NCBI GenBank assembly: GCA_964016885.1
Contig: OZ024741.1
Coordinates: forward strand, 67,828,001-67,892,000
DNA length: 64,000 nt
Origin: Eledone cirrhosa
Lineage: Eukaryota
Reading direction: 5' to 3'
The notes beneath the pieces are model-generated. The model ran no database searches, was not told where the DNA came from, and saw nothing but the letters and a program-made list of their open reading frames with translations. Positions 42,276-54,153 of this stretch are shown here, in pieces. The translations under genes were made by a program, and so were the position numbers. How positions within the stretch are numbered: position 1 is the first letter of the stretch; every line of letters starts with the position of its first letter.

Positions 42276-43090
42276 TCAGGCCATTCTTGCTTCTCTCACC
42301 CATCTTTCAACAAAATGCTGGGAAGAGAGCACTTCCCTCTCTACTCTGATTTTCCTTTTCAAATGAAATTTGAAAAAGTCAATCAGAGCATCACCAAAGA
42401 GGTAAGTGCTCGTCTTCAGCCCTTTCAAACGTGTCCACCATACTATCTCTTTCGCCATGGCCACCAGACAGATAAAAACTGCCTGCCCTTCCCGGCTAAA
42501 GGAGGAGGGCGGGGCAATCCTCACGATGGACTCAGATGATAGCCGGATCCGTCCTAAACGCGACAGCAGGTGTTCGACATAAACCCACAAGTCAGCAATT
42601 TTCGGACACTGGACGAGTGCGTGCAGGACGGTTTCGTCGCCCTGCGCGCATCTCGGACATGCCCGGCTGACGGCACCTCCATGCCTGTAGAGTTTATCCC
42701 GAACTGGCAAGGCTCCTCGGTAGCACTGCCAGGCCAGAGATTTCTGGAAGTTGTCCATAGGCCCCGGCCCGAAAGTTCTTCCGAAGAGATTGGCTAGTTG
42801 ATTTTCGTCGACGCCTAGAGTTTCGCCAAGTACGTCGTCGCTCTTACCCTCCACTAATCCTCTATAGAACGCCGAGGTGGAGTTTCCACCGATCACATTG
42901 CCCGATTGGTCGAGGGCTGTGAGCGCCTGAAGACATTCCAGTCTCCAGGCGCTCCCTCTCGGTCTTCGCTTGACCCAGGACTGCAGCTCCGTCAAGGAAA
43001 CGAGCTGGGGAAATACGCGCCTAGCAAACGGCGACCACACCTGATCACCGTCGAGGAAGAGGTGGAGATGTCGTAGCCTGAGCGCGTTTC
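42276..43090 (-). pseudogene. ORF2 C-terminal part with zinc finger, separated by a single frameshift near 43089
   Basis: CPRCAQGDETVLHALVQCP; the paralogue reads LMMRRHALRLRHL continuously across this point. Confidence 0.88.
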
Positions 43091-45663
43091 CTGCGCATCA
43101 TCAGCCACGGCATGCCCAGCCCTCCACGTAGCGGGTGTTGACAACAGATGGACCGCCTGACCATCGGAGCACGTCCCTTCCACAAAAAGCGAAAGAACAA
43201 ACGCTCCAGTGCAGTCAGGCGAGGCTTAGGACAAGGTACGACGGTCAGGCGGTAGCAGATGACAGACGCGATGTACGCGTTAGCCACCTCCGCTCGACCT
43301 TTCAGGGATAGCTTCGTCTCCGCCCATTTCTGGGTGAGAGAAGCCACCCTGCTCGTCACCTCGTCCCAGTTTTTGTCCGTCTGGAGGTCCGGACCGAACC
43401 AGACCCCTAGCAATTTAACCGGTCCGTCCGTCCAGCGTCCGACGACGCTGTTGGACGGCATGGACCTGCCTCTCCAGGTGCCGAGCTGCAGGCCCACTGA
43501 CTTTTCCTGGTTGATCATTGCTCCTGTCACCGCTTCGTATTCTCTTAGTGTAGTGCCGATCGCCTCGATGTGTTTGGCGTTCGACACCACTACGGTGATA
43601 TCGTCCGCATATGCTGACACGGATCTTCCGCATCCTAGTTCGCGCGGGACTCCCCTCAACGTCTCCAGTTTGTGCAGTAATGGCTCGAGAGTCAATACGT
43701 ACAAGAGGGACGAGAGGGGACATCCTTGGCGGACCGAGCGCATGATGTTGAACGGTTCCGACAGGTGACCGTTCACTCTCACCACAGAGCAAATGTCGCT
43801 GTGCATGGCAGCGATCCAGCCTCTGAAGACGGGCCCAAAGCCAGCCGCCCTCAGGACTGCCGCTAGGTAACGATGGTCGACCCTATCGAAAGCTTTCGAC
43901 TGATCTAAATTGATCAAGGACCCACCCGTGCCAGGTTCCTTAGCTACCCTCTCTATGATGTATCGCATGAGGTGGAGGTTGTCGTGGATGGATCTGTCGG
44001 GAATGGCGCATGTCTGCGCCTCTCCCACCAGACCACCAACGACAAGCGCCAACCTCTTTGCTAGCACCTTGGCCAAAATCTTGAACTCTGTGTTTAGCAG
44101 AGCTATGGGCCGGAAATTTTCTATGTTATCCCCCTTGTTCGGATCCTTTCTCAGCAGTGCCACCGCTCCTCGGCTCACAGAACTGGGAATTCTCCCGTTC
44201 TGTTGCCAGTTGCAGTAGACGTCCGCCAAGAGGCCTCCGAACAAGTCTGGCATCTGTACGTAAAGTTCATAGGGCAGACCATCCAAACCAGGCGATTTAC
44301 CCCTTGTGCAGCCAGTCATTGCCTCCCTTACTTCAGCGGCTGTTATCGGCTTTTCGCAACACTTCGCCTCAGTGGCCGAGAGCCGCGGCAGTCCGTCGAG
44401 GTAGACACTAAAGTCCATCCCTCTACCCGGCCCACCGCTGCCCCCGAACAGCTGAGCGAAGTGTCGCTGAAAAGCTTCACACATTTGCCCGGGATCGAGT
44501 AGCATGCACTCGTCGTGGTCCACCAAAGACCGGATCGTGGCTTTGTTGCCACGACGCGCCTCCGCCACTCGGGCCCATTGAACGGATTTCGTCCCCTCGT
44601 GTCTGAGAGCACGCACCCTTGCTCTGACAACGCAGCCTTCGTCCTTTGCATTGAAGAATTGGTCAAGGGCCAATTTCGCCGCAAGCACGTCGGTCGCAAT
44701 GCCTTTGCTAAGCGCCTCGTCTAATTTTCTAACTAGTTCTCCCTCTGCTCTATTTTTCTCTATTGCTAAAGCCTTACTAAACCTAATCGATTCTATTCTA
44801 ATCGCTCTTTTCAGAGCAAACCAGCACTTGTTGTTGACGATGGCCCCCGTCAACGCCCGCTTAACTAGTTCGCTAATCCGGTCGCTGTAGGCCTTGCGCG
44901 CTGGTAAGGACGCGTTTAGCTTCCAGTAGCCGGGTCCTCGTCTATGAAGCCTATCTAAGTCAAGCACACAGATCACGAATTTGTGGTCCGTGTAGCTGAC
45001 TATCTTGAATTGTGGACAGCCTATGCTAGACCTATCTATTTCCCTACAAAATACTCTATCTAGATATGATCTGGATGACCCTATGCGATTTGTCCAAGTC
45101 CACATTGGCACATTCGGGAAACCCAATCGGTACCTGTCAGACAGTTCAAAACGCCTGAGCAGGTTGGTGAGGCTCTTGCACCCTCCACCCCTATCCGCTA
45201 ATCCCACACAGTCCCAGCGTGCATCTAAGATCCCGTTCCAGTCGCCCACTAACACTAAAGAGCGGGACGTTCCAAGAAAGGTCTCCAGACGCCGGAAGAA
45301 ATCAGGCCGCCCTGCTCCTGTCGGGGCATAGACGGCCACTAGCCTGAAAGCTTGCCCGTCTCCACTGGTCACGTCCAGCACCACCAGCTTACCCTCTGGG
45401 TCCAGGAAGATGGCCCGTATGGCGAGATCCAAACCTCTCCGAAAAAGCACAGCAACTCCTCCACCCGATCCAGGACGGCTGGGAGATGCGTACACATCGT
45501 AGCCGCCGAAGATCGGTGCGAAGGCCCGTGCTTCGGAGATTCTGGTCTCGCTGATGGCCACTACATCTATGTTTAGTGACCTGAGGTCGTTGAGCAGGTG
45601 ACCCTGCTTCCATGACGACCCCAAGCCACGCGCATTTATGCTGCCTATTCTGAGTGAGGTCAT
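43045..45663 (-). CDS. LINE ORF2: APE endonuclease + reverse transcriptase (Tx1/L1 clade)
   Basis: SINARGL, SETR, VYAP, GDWN, YLDRV, TDHK (APE); GPGYWKLN, KSPGLDGLP, FRPIALLN, DQSKAFDRV, VRQGCPLS, YADD (RT). Confidence 0.95.
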   Translation of the reverse strand: MTSLRIGSINARGLGSSWKQGHLLNDLRSLNIDVVAISETRISEARAFAPIFGGYDVYASPSRPGSGGGVAVLFRRGLDLAIRAIFLDPEGKLVVLDVTSGDGQAFRLVAVYAPTGAGRPDFFRRLETFLGTSRSLVLVGDWNGILDARWDCVGLADRGGGCKSLTNLLRRFELSDRYRLGFPNVPMWTWTNRIGSSRSYLDRVFCREIDRSSIGCPQFKIVSYTDHKFVICVLDLDRLHRRGPGYWKLNASLPARKAYSDRISELVKRALTGAIVNNKCWFALKRAIRIESIRFSKALAIEKNRAEGELVRKLDEALSKGIATDVLAAKLALDQFFNAKDEGCVVRARVRALRHEGTKSVQWARVAEARRGNKATIRSLVDHDECMLLDPGQMCEAFQRHFAQLFGGSGGPGRGMDFSVYLDGLPRLSATEAKCCEKPITAAEVREAMTGCTRGKSPGLDGLPYELYVQMPDLFGGLLADVYCNWQQNGRIPSSVSRGAVALLRKDPNKGDNIENFRPIALLNTEFKILAKVLAKRLALVVGGLVGEAQTCAIPDRSIHDNLHLMRYIIERVAKEPGTGGSLINLDQSKAFDRVDHRYLAAVLRAAGFGPVFRGWIAAMHSDICSVVRVNGHLSEPFNIMRSVRQGCPLSSLLYVLTLEPLLHKLETLRGVPRELGCGRSVSAYADDITVVVSNAKHIEAIGTTLREYEAVTGAMINQEKSVGLQLGTWRGRSMPSNSVVGRWTDGPVKLLGVWFGPDLQTDKNWDEVTSRVASLTQKWAETKLSLKGRAEVANAYIASVICYRLTVVPCPKPRLTALERLFFRFLWKGRAPMVRRSICCQHPLRGGLGMPWLMMRRKRAQATTSPPLPRR

Positions 45664-46026
45664 GTTTAAAATAGAGTGGAAAAGATGGGAAAGACCACTT
45701 ACGTACTTTTCGTAGAGGAGGGATGGTTTTTACATCCCTTTTCACTTGATCGTCTGGTGAAGAGACCGTTGAAGCGTCCCTTCCGCTGGTCGTCGGCTCT
45801 TCTAAGAGAATGTCTGAATATACTCTTCGATTGATGGTTCCTCCTAGGTCCCTGAAATCACCAACTGCGTTGGGGAATTTCGTTTTAATATTTGTGTATT
45901 GTTTCTGTGCTATTTTTAGCAGTCTTATGTTAGTTGGCGTTTTGATTGGTGCTGGTATTATGTAGTCCTGTTGTGAAATGTCTGTGTGTTCAATTATGTA
46001 AGTCATTAGTTTCTTGTTGTGTGTAT

Positions 46027-47772
46027 TTATTGCCGTGCATTTGTTTTTCTGGGGGTGGGGTGTGGTTCTGCTATTTTCTTGTGTGTTTGCGATGTTGGTG
46101 CTTGTGGTGGTGGTGTTGAAGGTGTTGTTGGCGGTGGGGTTGTCGCCGGTGGTGATGGTGGTGCTAGTGTGGGTGGTGATGGTGTTGGTGGTGTTGCTGC
46201 TGTGGGTCTCTTTGCAGTAGACTTTACCCTTTTCTTATTTCTTTCCTCCCTTTTCAAAGGCGACGATGCGCTGCTTCTGCGTTTGTGCCTTCTTACGACC
46301 TTTTGCCATCCCTCTCCCACCTCACACTCCATGTCTGATTCTGTGAGGTCGGGGAGGGGTACCAGCTCCACTCTTTCACTTGTTGTTGTTGGTGATGTTT
46401 GCACTGGAGTCTCTGTTGCAGCTGCATTTGGTATTGCTGTTGTTGTTGTTAATATTTCCACTGCTGCTGCTGTTTTTGATTTCCGTGGAGTGGGTATGGG
46501 TGCCACGGACCTATCGTTCCTGGTTGCCGCTTGTCCTGTTGCTGGTAGCCGTGGAGCCGGATTCGGAAGGAGGGGGGTTTTCTCCTTCCTCAGGGTCTTC
46601 TCGTTGCAGAAGGCCCTGAGGTGAGTCTTCGATCCACAGCGAAAGCATTTCGGGCGTTTGCCCTCAACACTTATGGGCAGTTGAGTGCCGTTATCGAAGT
46701 CTATCACATCCGGGATAGCTTCGATGCACTCCTGGTTGGTTTGGATTAGCATCTCAATGGAGGTGCCTACCCAATCTTCTCTTACTTTTTTCTGTACTTG
46801 CAGTACAGTTGTTTTGTCCTCGATTCCGACGAGGACAGACGCGGCCAGCCAAGAAGGGGCCATTCCGGGGGGGACGTGGGTCAGTTTGACCCTCACAATT
46901 TTTTGCCCGCAGTAGGAGGGCACCAACACCATTTCCTCGCTCCTTAGGGTCACTACTGATTGGGCCTTTGCCTCCTGGGGTGTGGCAAAAAGTACGTCTA
47001 CGGTGGCATATTTTTTGCCTCGGGTGATGTGCGTTTTCCGCTGCCACACAGACCCCAAGGCTTTTTGTATTTGGGCCTCTGTGGCTCTTTCCACCCTACG
47101 TGATTTTGTACTTACTGTACGGTACGTGACCGTACAGTGCTCTTGGGTTTCGAAAAATTTTTCCGCTGCCTTGCAGATTGCTCGGTGTCCATTCTTTGTC
47201 ACCATCTTCTTCGCTTCCTCTAATTCCTCATTTGTTATGAGGATTGTTTCCAAGTTTTTCGCAATACCTGCAAATGAGATTGGTTTTTCTCTGCTGCTGC
47301 TGTTGTTGTTGTCGTCAGAGCTGCTGGTACTTTTGTTGTTGCTGCAGGTACTACGACTACTGCCTCCGCCGCTGTTGCTGTGGTTGTTGTTGGTGTTGCT
47401 GCTGCTAATGCTGTTGTTGTTTATGCTGCTGGTGATGCTGTTGCGGCTGCTACTGTTGTTTTCATTGTCACTGTTGCTGTTGTTATTACGGCTGCTACTG
47501 CTATTATTCCTGACGTCAGACGAATGAACTGGGTTTTCGTATTTCCCGCACACCTGTTTCGTCGCTGTCGTCGTCGTCGTGGAGAAACCTTGCACGCTTT
47601 GCACGAGACTTTTCTTTTCTTTCGTCACTTGCGAAAGAGAAGGGAGGGAGAGAGATACATCTCTGCTGTAGTGATGATTGAGGAAGAAGAAGACGGAATG
47701 AGTGGGAGTGACGTATGAAATTTCTTTTTCGTAGCCATGTTGTTTTTTGTTTAAAATGAATATTGGGTACAA
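46027..47772 (-). CDS. LINE ORF1 gag-like protein with zinc knuckle (start uncertain)
   Basis: CFRCGSKTHLRAFC knuckle preceded by an RRM-like region (VKLTHVPPG); the track start is TTG and the first in-frame ATG is at about 47203. Confidence 0.8.
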   Translation of the reverse strand: MYPIFILNKKQHGYEKEISYVTPTHSVFFFLNHHYSRDVSLSLPSLSQVTKEKKSLVQSVQGFSTTTTTATKQVCGKYENPVHSSDVRNNSSSSRNNNSNSDNENNSSSRNSITSSINNNSISSSNTNNNHSNSGGGSSRSTCSNNKSTSSSDDNNNSSSREKPISFAGIAKNLETILITNEELEEAKKMVTKNGHRAICKAAEKFFETQEHCTVTYRTVSTKSRRVERATEAQIQKALGSVWQRKTHITRGKKYATVDVLFATPQEAKAQSVVTLRSEEMVLVPSYCGQKIVRVKLTHVPPGMAPSWLAASVLVGIEDKTTVLQVQKKVREDWVGTSIEMLIQTNQECIEAIPDVIDFDNGTQLPISVEGKRPKCFRCGSKTHLRAFCNEKTLRKEKTPLLPNPAPRLPATGQAATRNDRSVAPIPTPRKSKTAAAVEILTTTTAIPNAAATETPVQTSPTTTSERVELVPLPDLTESDMECEVGEGWQKVVRRHKRRSSASSPLKREERNKKRVKSTAKRPTAATPPTPSPPTLAPPSPPATTPPPTTPSTPPPQAPTSQTHKKIAEPHPTPRKTNARQ

Positions 47773-47973
47773 AACCCCAATAACTGGTTATTTCACCCCG
47801 AAGTGCCAAATAACGGACAGAAAGACCCCTCTCACGAGGAGGAGGGTGTCTTTATCAACAATTTGGTTCAAGTTTTAAACAATTTACAATTGTTTTAACG
47901 GTTAAAAATTACTATACCTTACAGAGCCGAGCCTCCGTCAACCATGGCATTCAATAATAATAATAATAATAAT

Positions 47974-50900
47974 GATTTCATTTATTAGCCACAAGGGCCG
48001 ACATGTAGGGGACAATACAAAGACAGGGACAGTGGGGGTTTACAATAAGGTCGAGTAAAAGTGCACAATGGCAAGACTAATTTAACAATGAAAATATAAA
48101 AATATAAAATAAACTATGCATAAATATGACAAAATAAATTCCCCGATAGGGGGTGGACGACCCTGGGGTGATTCGGGTACGCCACCAATCATGAACCACC
48201 CTGCGCTTCTAGGGCAGCCAGGGAGAGCATCCCTCTCCTCAAGTTAGCCAACCTATAGGCGCATGGTCAGAGTAGGCCCATTCACACGAGCCATTCTCGC
48301 CACATTCACGCACCTTTTAGCAAATGTACTGGGGGGCAGCACTTCTCTCTCCACCCTCACCTTCCTTTCCAGGTGAAACTTGAAGAAGTTGATGAAGGAT
48401 TGGCCGAAGAGAAAAGTGTCTGTCTTTAGTCCTTTCAGCCTGGTCCACCATATAATCTCTTTCGCAACTGCCATCAGACAGAGGAATATTTCCTGCTCTT
48501 CCTAACCTAAGGAAGGCGGTGGATCGATCTTCACTATGGACTCGGTCGATAGCCGGATTCGTTCCACACGCGACAGTAGCTGTTCGACATAACACCACAA
48601 GTCAGTAATGCACGGACATTGGACAAGTGCGTGCAGAACGGTTTCGTCGTTCTGTGCGCATCTTGGGCAGGTCCGTCTGACAGCACTTCCGTGCCTGTAG
48701 AGTTCATCCCGAACCCGCAGTGCCCCCCGGTAGCACTGCCAAGCGAGGGATTTCTGGAAATTGTCCATCGTCCCCGGCTCAAAATTCCTCCGGTACAGAC
48801 TGGTCAGTTCGACTTCGTCGAGGCCCAAATCTTCTCCAAGTGCGTCATCGCACTTGCCCACCACTAATCCTCTATAGAACTCGAGAGTGGAAGTTCCACT
48901 GATCGCATTGCCCGCTTGGTAGAGGGCAGTGGGTGCCTGGCAACATTCCAGGTCCCAGTCACCCAGTCTCGGTCTCTTCTTGACCCAGGACAGCAGCTCA
49001 GTCAAAGAAATGAGCTGCGGAAAGGCCCATCTGATAAACAGCGACCACACCTGTTCACCGTTGAGGCAGAATATCTGGAGATGTCGCAGCCTCAACGCAT
49101 GTCTGCGCATCATTAGCCACGGCATGCCTAGCCCTCCACGAGAATTTGAAGAGGAGCCGTTCCAACTTGACGAGGCGCGGACGGGAACAAGGCACGACGG
49201 TCAGGCGGTAGTAGATGACGGACGCGATGAACGCATTCGCCACCTCCGCGCGACCTTTCAGTGATAGCTTCCTCCCAGCCCATTTTTGGGTGAGACTGGC
49301 TACTCTGCTCGTTACCTCGTCCCAATTCTTTTCCACCTGGAGGTCTGGTCCGAACCAAACCCCGAGCAACTTTACCGGTCCGTCCGTCCAGCGCCCCACG
49401 ACGCTGTTGGACGGCATGGGCTTGCCTCTCCAGGTTCCGAGTGCAAGCCCACCGACTTTTCCGGGTTAAGTTTGGCTCCTGTCAACCTTTCATATTCCTT
49501 CAATAAGGTGCCGACCACCTCGATTTCTGAGGTGTTCGACACCATCACGGTGATGTCGTCCGCATTAGCCGACACCGCCTTTCTACGTCCCGGTTCGAGC
49601 GGGATGCCCTGCAACAGCTCCATCTTTCGCAATAAAGGCTCGAGAGTCAATACGTACAGAAGGGAAGAGAGAGGGCACCCTTGACGGACCGATCGGGAGA
49701 GCCGAAATGGTTCCGACAGGTGGCCATTAACCTTGACCACTGAGCGTGTGCCGCTGTGCATTGCAACAATCCAGCTTCTAAAGACAGGGCCGAAGCCAGC
49801 TGCTTTGAGGACAAACTCCAAATACCGATGGTCGACCCTATCGAATGCTTTGGATTGATCTAAATTGATCAGTGCCCCACCGAAGCCAGGTTTACACCCT
49901 ACCCTCTCTATGATGTATCGCATGAGGTGGAGATTGTCGTGTATGCACTTGGCTGGGATTGCGCAAGTTTGCGCCTCCCCAACCAAATCCTCGACGACAA
50001 GCGCCAATCTCTTTGCTAACACCTTGGCCAAAATCTTAAACTCTGTGTTGAGCAGAGTTATGGGCCTGAAGTTGTCTAATGTATCCCTCTTGTTCTCGTC
50101 TTTCCTTATCAGCGTCACCACTCCCCTGCTCACAGAACTGGGAATACTCCCATTCTGCTGCCAGTTGCAGTAGAGTGCTTCGAGGAGTTCAGAGAACAAG
50201 TCTGGCATATTTACGTAAAGCTCGTAGGGCAGGCCATCCAAACCGGGTGACTTGCGCCTCATGCAGCCGACAAGGGCGTCCTGCATTTTGGCTGAAGTAA
50301 TCGGCCTTTCGCGGCGCTCAGCGTCGACCGTCAAGATGCGCGGCAAGCCGTCAAGGTAGGGACGACTGAAATCCGCTATTCTCTCTGACTCACCACTTTC
50401 CCTGAACAACCGAGCAAAGTGCTGGCGAAAGGCCTCACACATCCGCTTGGAATCGCTTATCTCGTGTCCGTCTCGGTCCGCCAAAGACCGAATTGTGGTT
50501 TTATTACCACGCTGCGCCTCCGCCACGCGGGCCCATCAAACAGCTTTAGTTCCCTCGTTTCTCAGCGCACGCGCCTTAGCTCTGACAATGCAACCTTCGT
50601 GTTTGGCATTGAAGAAATGGTCTAATGCCATTCTCGCCGCTAGCACGTCAGTTGCGATGCCACTACAAATAGCCTCGTCTAACTTATCTACCAGCTCCCC
50701 CTCCTTTCTATTTTTCTCTAACGGTAGTTCTTTGCTGAACTCTATCGAAGTTACTTTAATCTCTCTTTTGAGAGCCACCCACCATCTATTGTTGATGATC
50801 CCCCTGTCAACTTTTGCTTAACTAAATTGTTGACTCGGTCCCTGTAAGCCTTACGTGCCGGAAATGACATGTTCAGCTTCCAGTAACCCGGTCCTAACCT

Positions 50901-51422
50901 ACGCGTTTTATTTAGGTCCACCGTACAGATCACAAATTTGTGATCTGAATAGACGACCGTTTTAAAAAGTGCACAGCCCACACTATTTCTATATATTTTC
51001 CTAATGAATATTCTGTCTATATACGATCTAGATAACCCCATTCGGTTAGCCCAGGTCCACACTGGCACATTGGGGAAATCTAGTCGATACCTGTCAGACA
51101 GTTGGAACTGGCTTTGTAGGTGCTTGAGGCTTTTGCACCCCCCGCTCCTATCGGCTACTCCCACACAATCCCAGCGTGCGTCTAAGATGCCATTCCAGTC
51201 CCCCTCTAACAGTAAAGGGCGAGACGTACCCATATAGGTCTCCAGGCGCCTAAAGAAGTCCGGTCGTCCGGCCCCTGTAGGGGCGTAGACGGCCAACAGT
51301 CTAAAAGCACCACCTTCGCTACTGCTCACATCCAAGACCACCAACTTACCGTCCGGGTCCCGGAAGATCGACCTTACCTCGAGATCCAGTCCTTTCCTAA
51401 ACAGCACTGCCACCCCACCCCC
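47974..51422 (-). mobile_element. 5'-truncated, disrupted Tx1/L1 element (second subfamily), ORF2 only, in (AAT)n
   Basis: ORF pieces 50751-51420, 50536-50778, 49372-50526, 49055-49417, 48502-49125 and 48253-48474 are colinear with 42276-45663; several stops/frameshifts; YADD reads NADD; (AAT)n at both ends. Confidence 0.93.
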
Positions 51423-51430
51423 TAATAATA

Positions 51431-51507
<77 letters not shown>

Positions 51508-51566
51508 AAGAAGAAGAAGAAGAAGAAGAAGAAGAAGAAGAAGAAGAAGAAGAAGAAGAAGAAGAA
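51423..51566. repeat. (AAT)n followed by (AAG)n
   Basis: Directly visible. Confidence 0.95.
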
Positions 51567-51939
51567 TACCAACAACAAACAACAATAACAACAATAACAA
51601 CATGTACAAGTATAAAAGCCAGAACAAAAACAACTACAACTGAGCTAGAATTGAAGTTTCCAAACTTTCAGAAGTAGCAACAAGAAATGGAAAACTTCCA
51701 AAGCATCATTTCCATTAATCAAAACAATTGGTTTGATTTTTAAAAAATAGAATCGGATAATACACGCGAATAATTAAATTAGTTAATTAGCGCCTAATTA
51801 TTACCTCTCTTTTGACGATATTTCAAATCCTGCTTTCAATTTTCTTCAACTATTCCATTGATTAAACACAATTTCAATATCACAGTTTGCGTCGAAGAAT
51901 ATAATTAGATCGCTTTCAATAGTATAAATATATATATGT

Positions 51940-52032
<93 letters not shown>

Positions 52033-52255
52033 TATGTATGTAAAAGGTAAACAGAAATAACAAATAACAAAGCAAACGGCAAACTACATGGAAGAACTAT
52101 ATTATATCTATATATATATATGTATAGATAGATAGATAGATAATGAATAGATAGCTAGATAAAGAGATAATAGATAGATATAGATACACACACATATATA
52201 TATGCACCCAGACTTATACACATACACACACACATTACACACACACACACACATG

Positions 52256-52304
<49 letters not shown>

Positions 52305-52306
<2 letters not shown>

Positions 52307-52537
52307 CGAAGGAGATGTGGTAAGGAACCAGATGGACCATAATGCACCAAAGTACTCAATACTTAGGGTAGTAGAGTGGGTAATAGGAATAAGTAGGACC
52401 CCGACGGCTGAGCTCAAGCCGTTCCGACGGCTAATTCTGGACTAAATGAAAATGTTTAGCCTGGTAAATGAATGGCCGAACTTCTCAGGGGGTAATTCCA
52501 TATATGGTAAAAGTGATTGTCACAAGGATTTGTCATG
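52305..52537 (-). mobile_element. Family-F hammerhead element monomer in (TA)n; ribozyme at 52398-52493 mutated (C3-A8 mismatch, GGAA)
   Basis: Colinear with 55850-56067 in reverse; (TA)n on both sides. Confidence 0.85.
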
Positions 52538-52568
<31 letters not shown>

Positions 52569-52660
52569 CTAAAGTCTAAAGCCCGTCTTGAGCCAGAAGG
52601 CTCATTTGGCCGGTGGTTATCTCGGTTTCATGGCGTGATGCAGCTGGGGATGAAACCCCT
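52569..52660 (-). mobile_element. Fragment of another SINE family (Meta/MESC-like 3' domain)
   Basis: GAGCC...GGCTCAT..GGCCGGTGGTTATCTCGGTTTC motif recalled from molluscan SINEs; recognition from memory only. Confidence 0.35.
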
Positions 52661-53791
52661 TACACTGGACGGACATAATAGTAACTTTCGGCAGGAAACA
52701 AATAATAGGATAAACCCCTATTTTCCTGCACCAAATCGCACTTGAACAGAGGCCCCCTCAATTCAATCTATACATGACAGATGGACAATCATATGGATCA
52801 TATATGTACTCTGTGTTTTTGCATTTATTCACTGTTGGTTCTGTTCTTTTCTTTTGTGTACTTTATGTCTGTTTTTCTTTGATTTTGTTCCATGTGATGG
52901 AAATTAGGACTGTGTACCATATTCACTAATGCCTGGAGCCCTGTAGTTATAATGTACGACACTGTCGTTCAATGTGTGGATAGAGTAACTGTGACACTAG
53001 AATCCCTCTCAGAACATATTACTTAAACACCTCTCTCCATATTATTTACTCACTTCAGTCTATATTTTTACTCACCTCAATCCAAATTATCACCTGAAAA
53101 GAATTTTTTTTAATTCTTTTTTTAATTCTTTAATTTCTAATTGTTAATTTCTTAATTGTTTAATTTATAATTTCTGATATTTGATTTAGGATTTTAATTT
53201 TTATTTCCAACTCTCACTCTTAACTTCCAACGTAAAACCATGATACCTAGAATAAGTTTATTTTCCCTAATAAGGTGATGGTCAGTAGGACCGTCAACGC
53301 TTAGTGAGGGGACTCTCCCATCCCCTCTGGCTCTCGGCTGACTGCCACAGCCGTGATGGGTAGCAGTAAAATATGGTACAGGCATTGGTGGGCCATTGTT
53401 TTGGATGACAGGGTGAACTGACTAAGCAAATTTCGTTGAAGTCTGCGGTGGAGTATGGTCAACTTCCTTCGGACATGCGCTTGCGCAGGCCGGTGGGGGT
53501 GAATTGGTACTCACAAGGGAGCGGATGAAAAACCCAAGAACACGCAATTCATCCGTTCCCTTGTCGATCCAATTTGGATTGCCTCGGAAACATAACCTTA
53601 TTATGTAACAAGCTGTCAGGTGATGACACGACACTCGCACACAGAACAGTGTGGCCAGTGTCGTCACTGAAATATATATCACAGCATTATTATTAAAATG
53701 CACTGGGTAATTGCTGGCCGTGTGCCTAAAGTAGAAACAATTTTTATTAAAGGACTTGAACATCTGAAACTACTTCGCTTTTCCTTATTCG

Positions 53792-53831
<40 letters not shown>

Positions 53832-53837
<6 letters not shown>

Positions 53838-53892
53838 TTAATATAGATGAGATTCTACAGGACTAGAACTGTTTTATTCTTTAGAAATCATC

Positions 53893-53893
<1 letters not shown>
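53832..53893 (-). ncRNA. Truncated/degenerate family-A hammerhead between (TA)n tracts
   Basis: Near-identical to 39622-39683; GAAA mutated to AAAA and the 5' stem I is lost. Confidence 0.7.
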
Positions 53894-53941
<48 letters not shown>

Positions 53942-54153
53942 ACAGGGAGAAAAAGACGATTATTAGGAAGAAAAATATATTTTTTGCCTTTTTTATTTTT
54001 TTCTCTCTTTTTTCTATATATATATATATATGGACGTAGATGGAATGTAGATCAAACGTTAATGTACTTACTCGGTGTAGTAAACCAGGAGCATTCATTT
54101 AATAATATATATACATGCTTCAATCCTGTTGAAGCTGACTTTTCCTTTCATCA

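Larger units (their letters stand above)
41982..47952 (-). mobile_element. Full-length Tx1/L1-clade non-LTR retrotransposon inserted in (AAT)n
   Basis: ORF1 with CCHC knuckle, ORF2 with APE-RT-zinc finger, AATAAA near the 3' end, (AAT)n at 41937-41981 and 47953-47973. Confidence 0.93.

Noticed and set aside
43259-51237. Plus-strand ORFs of 70-200 aa over the LINEs
   Set aside because: Antisense shadows of GC-rich ORF1/ORF2.
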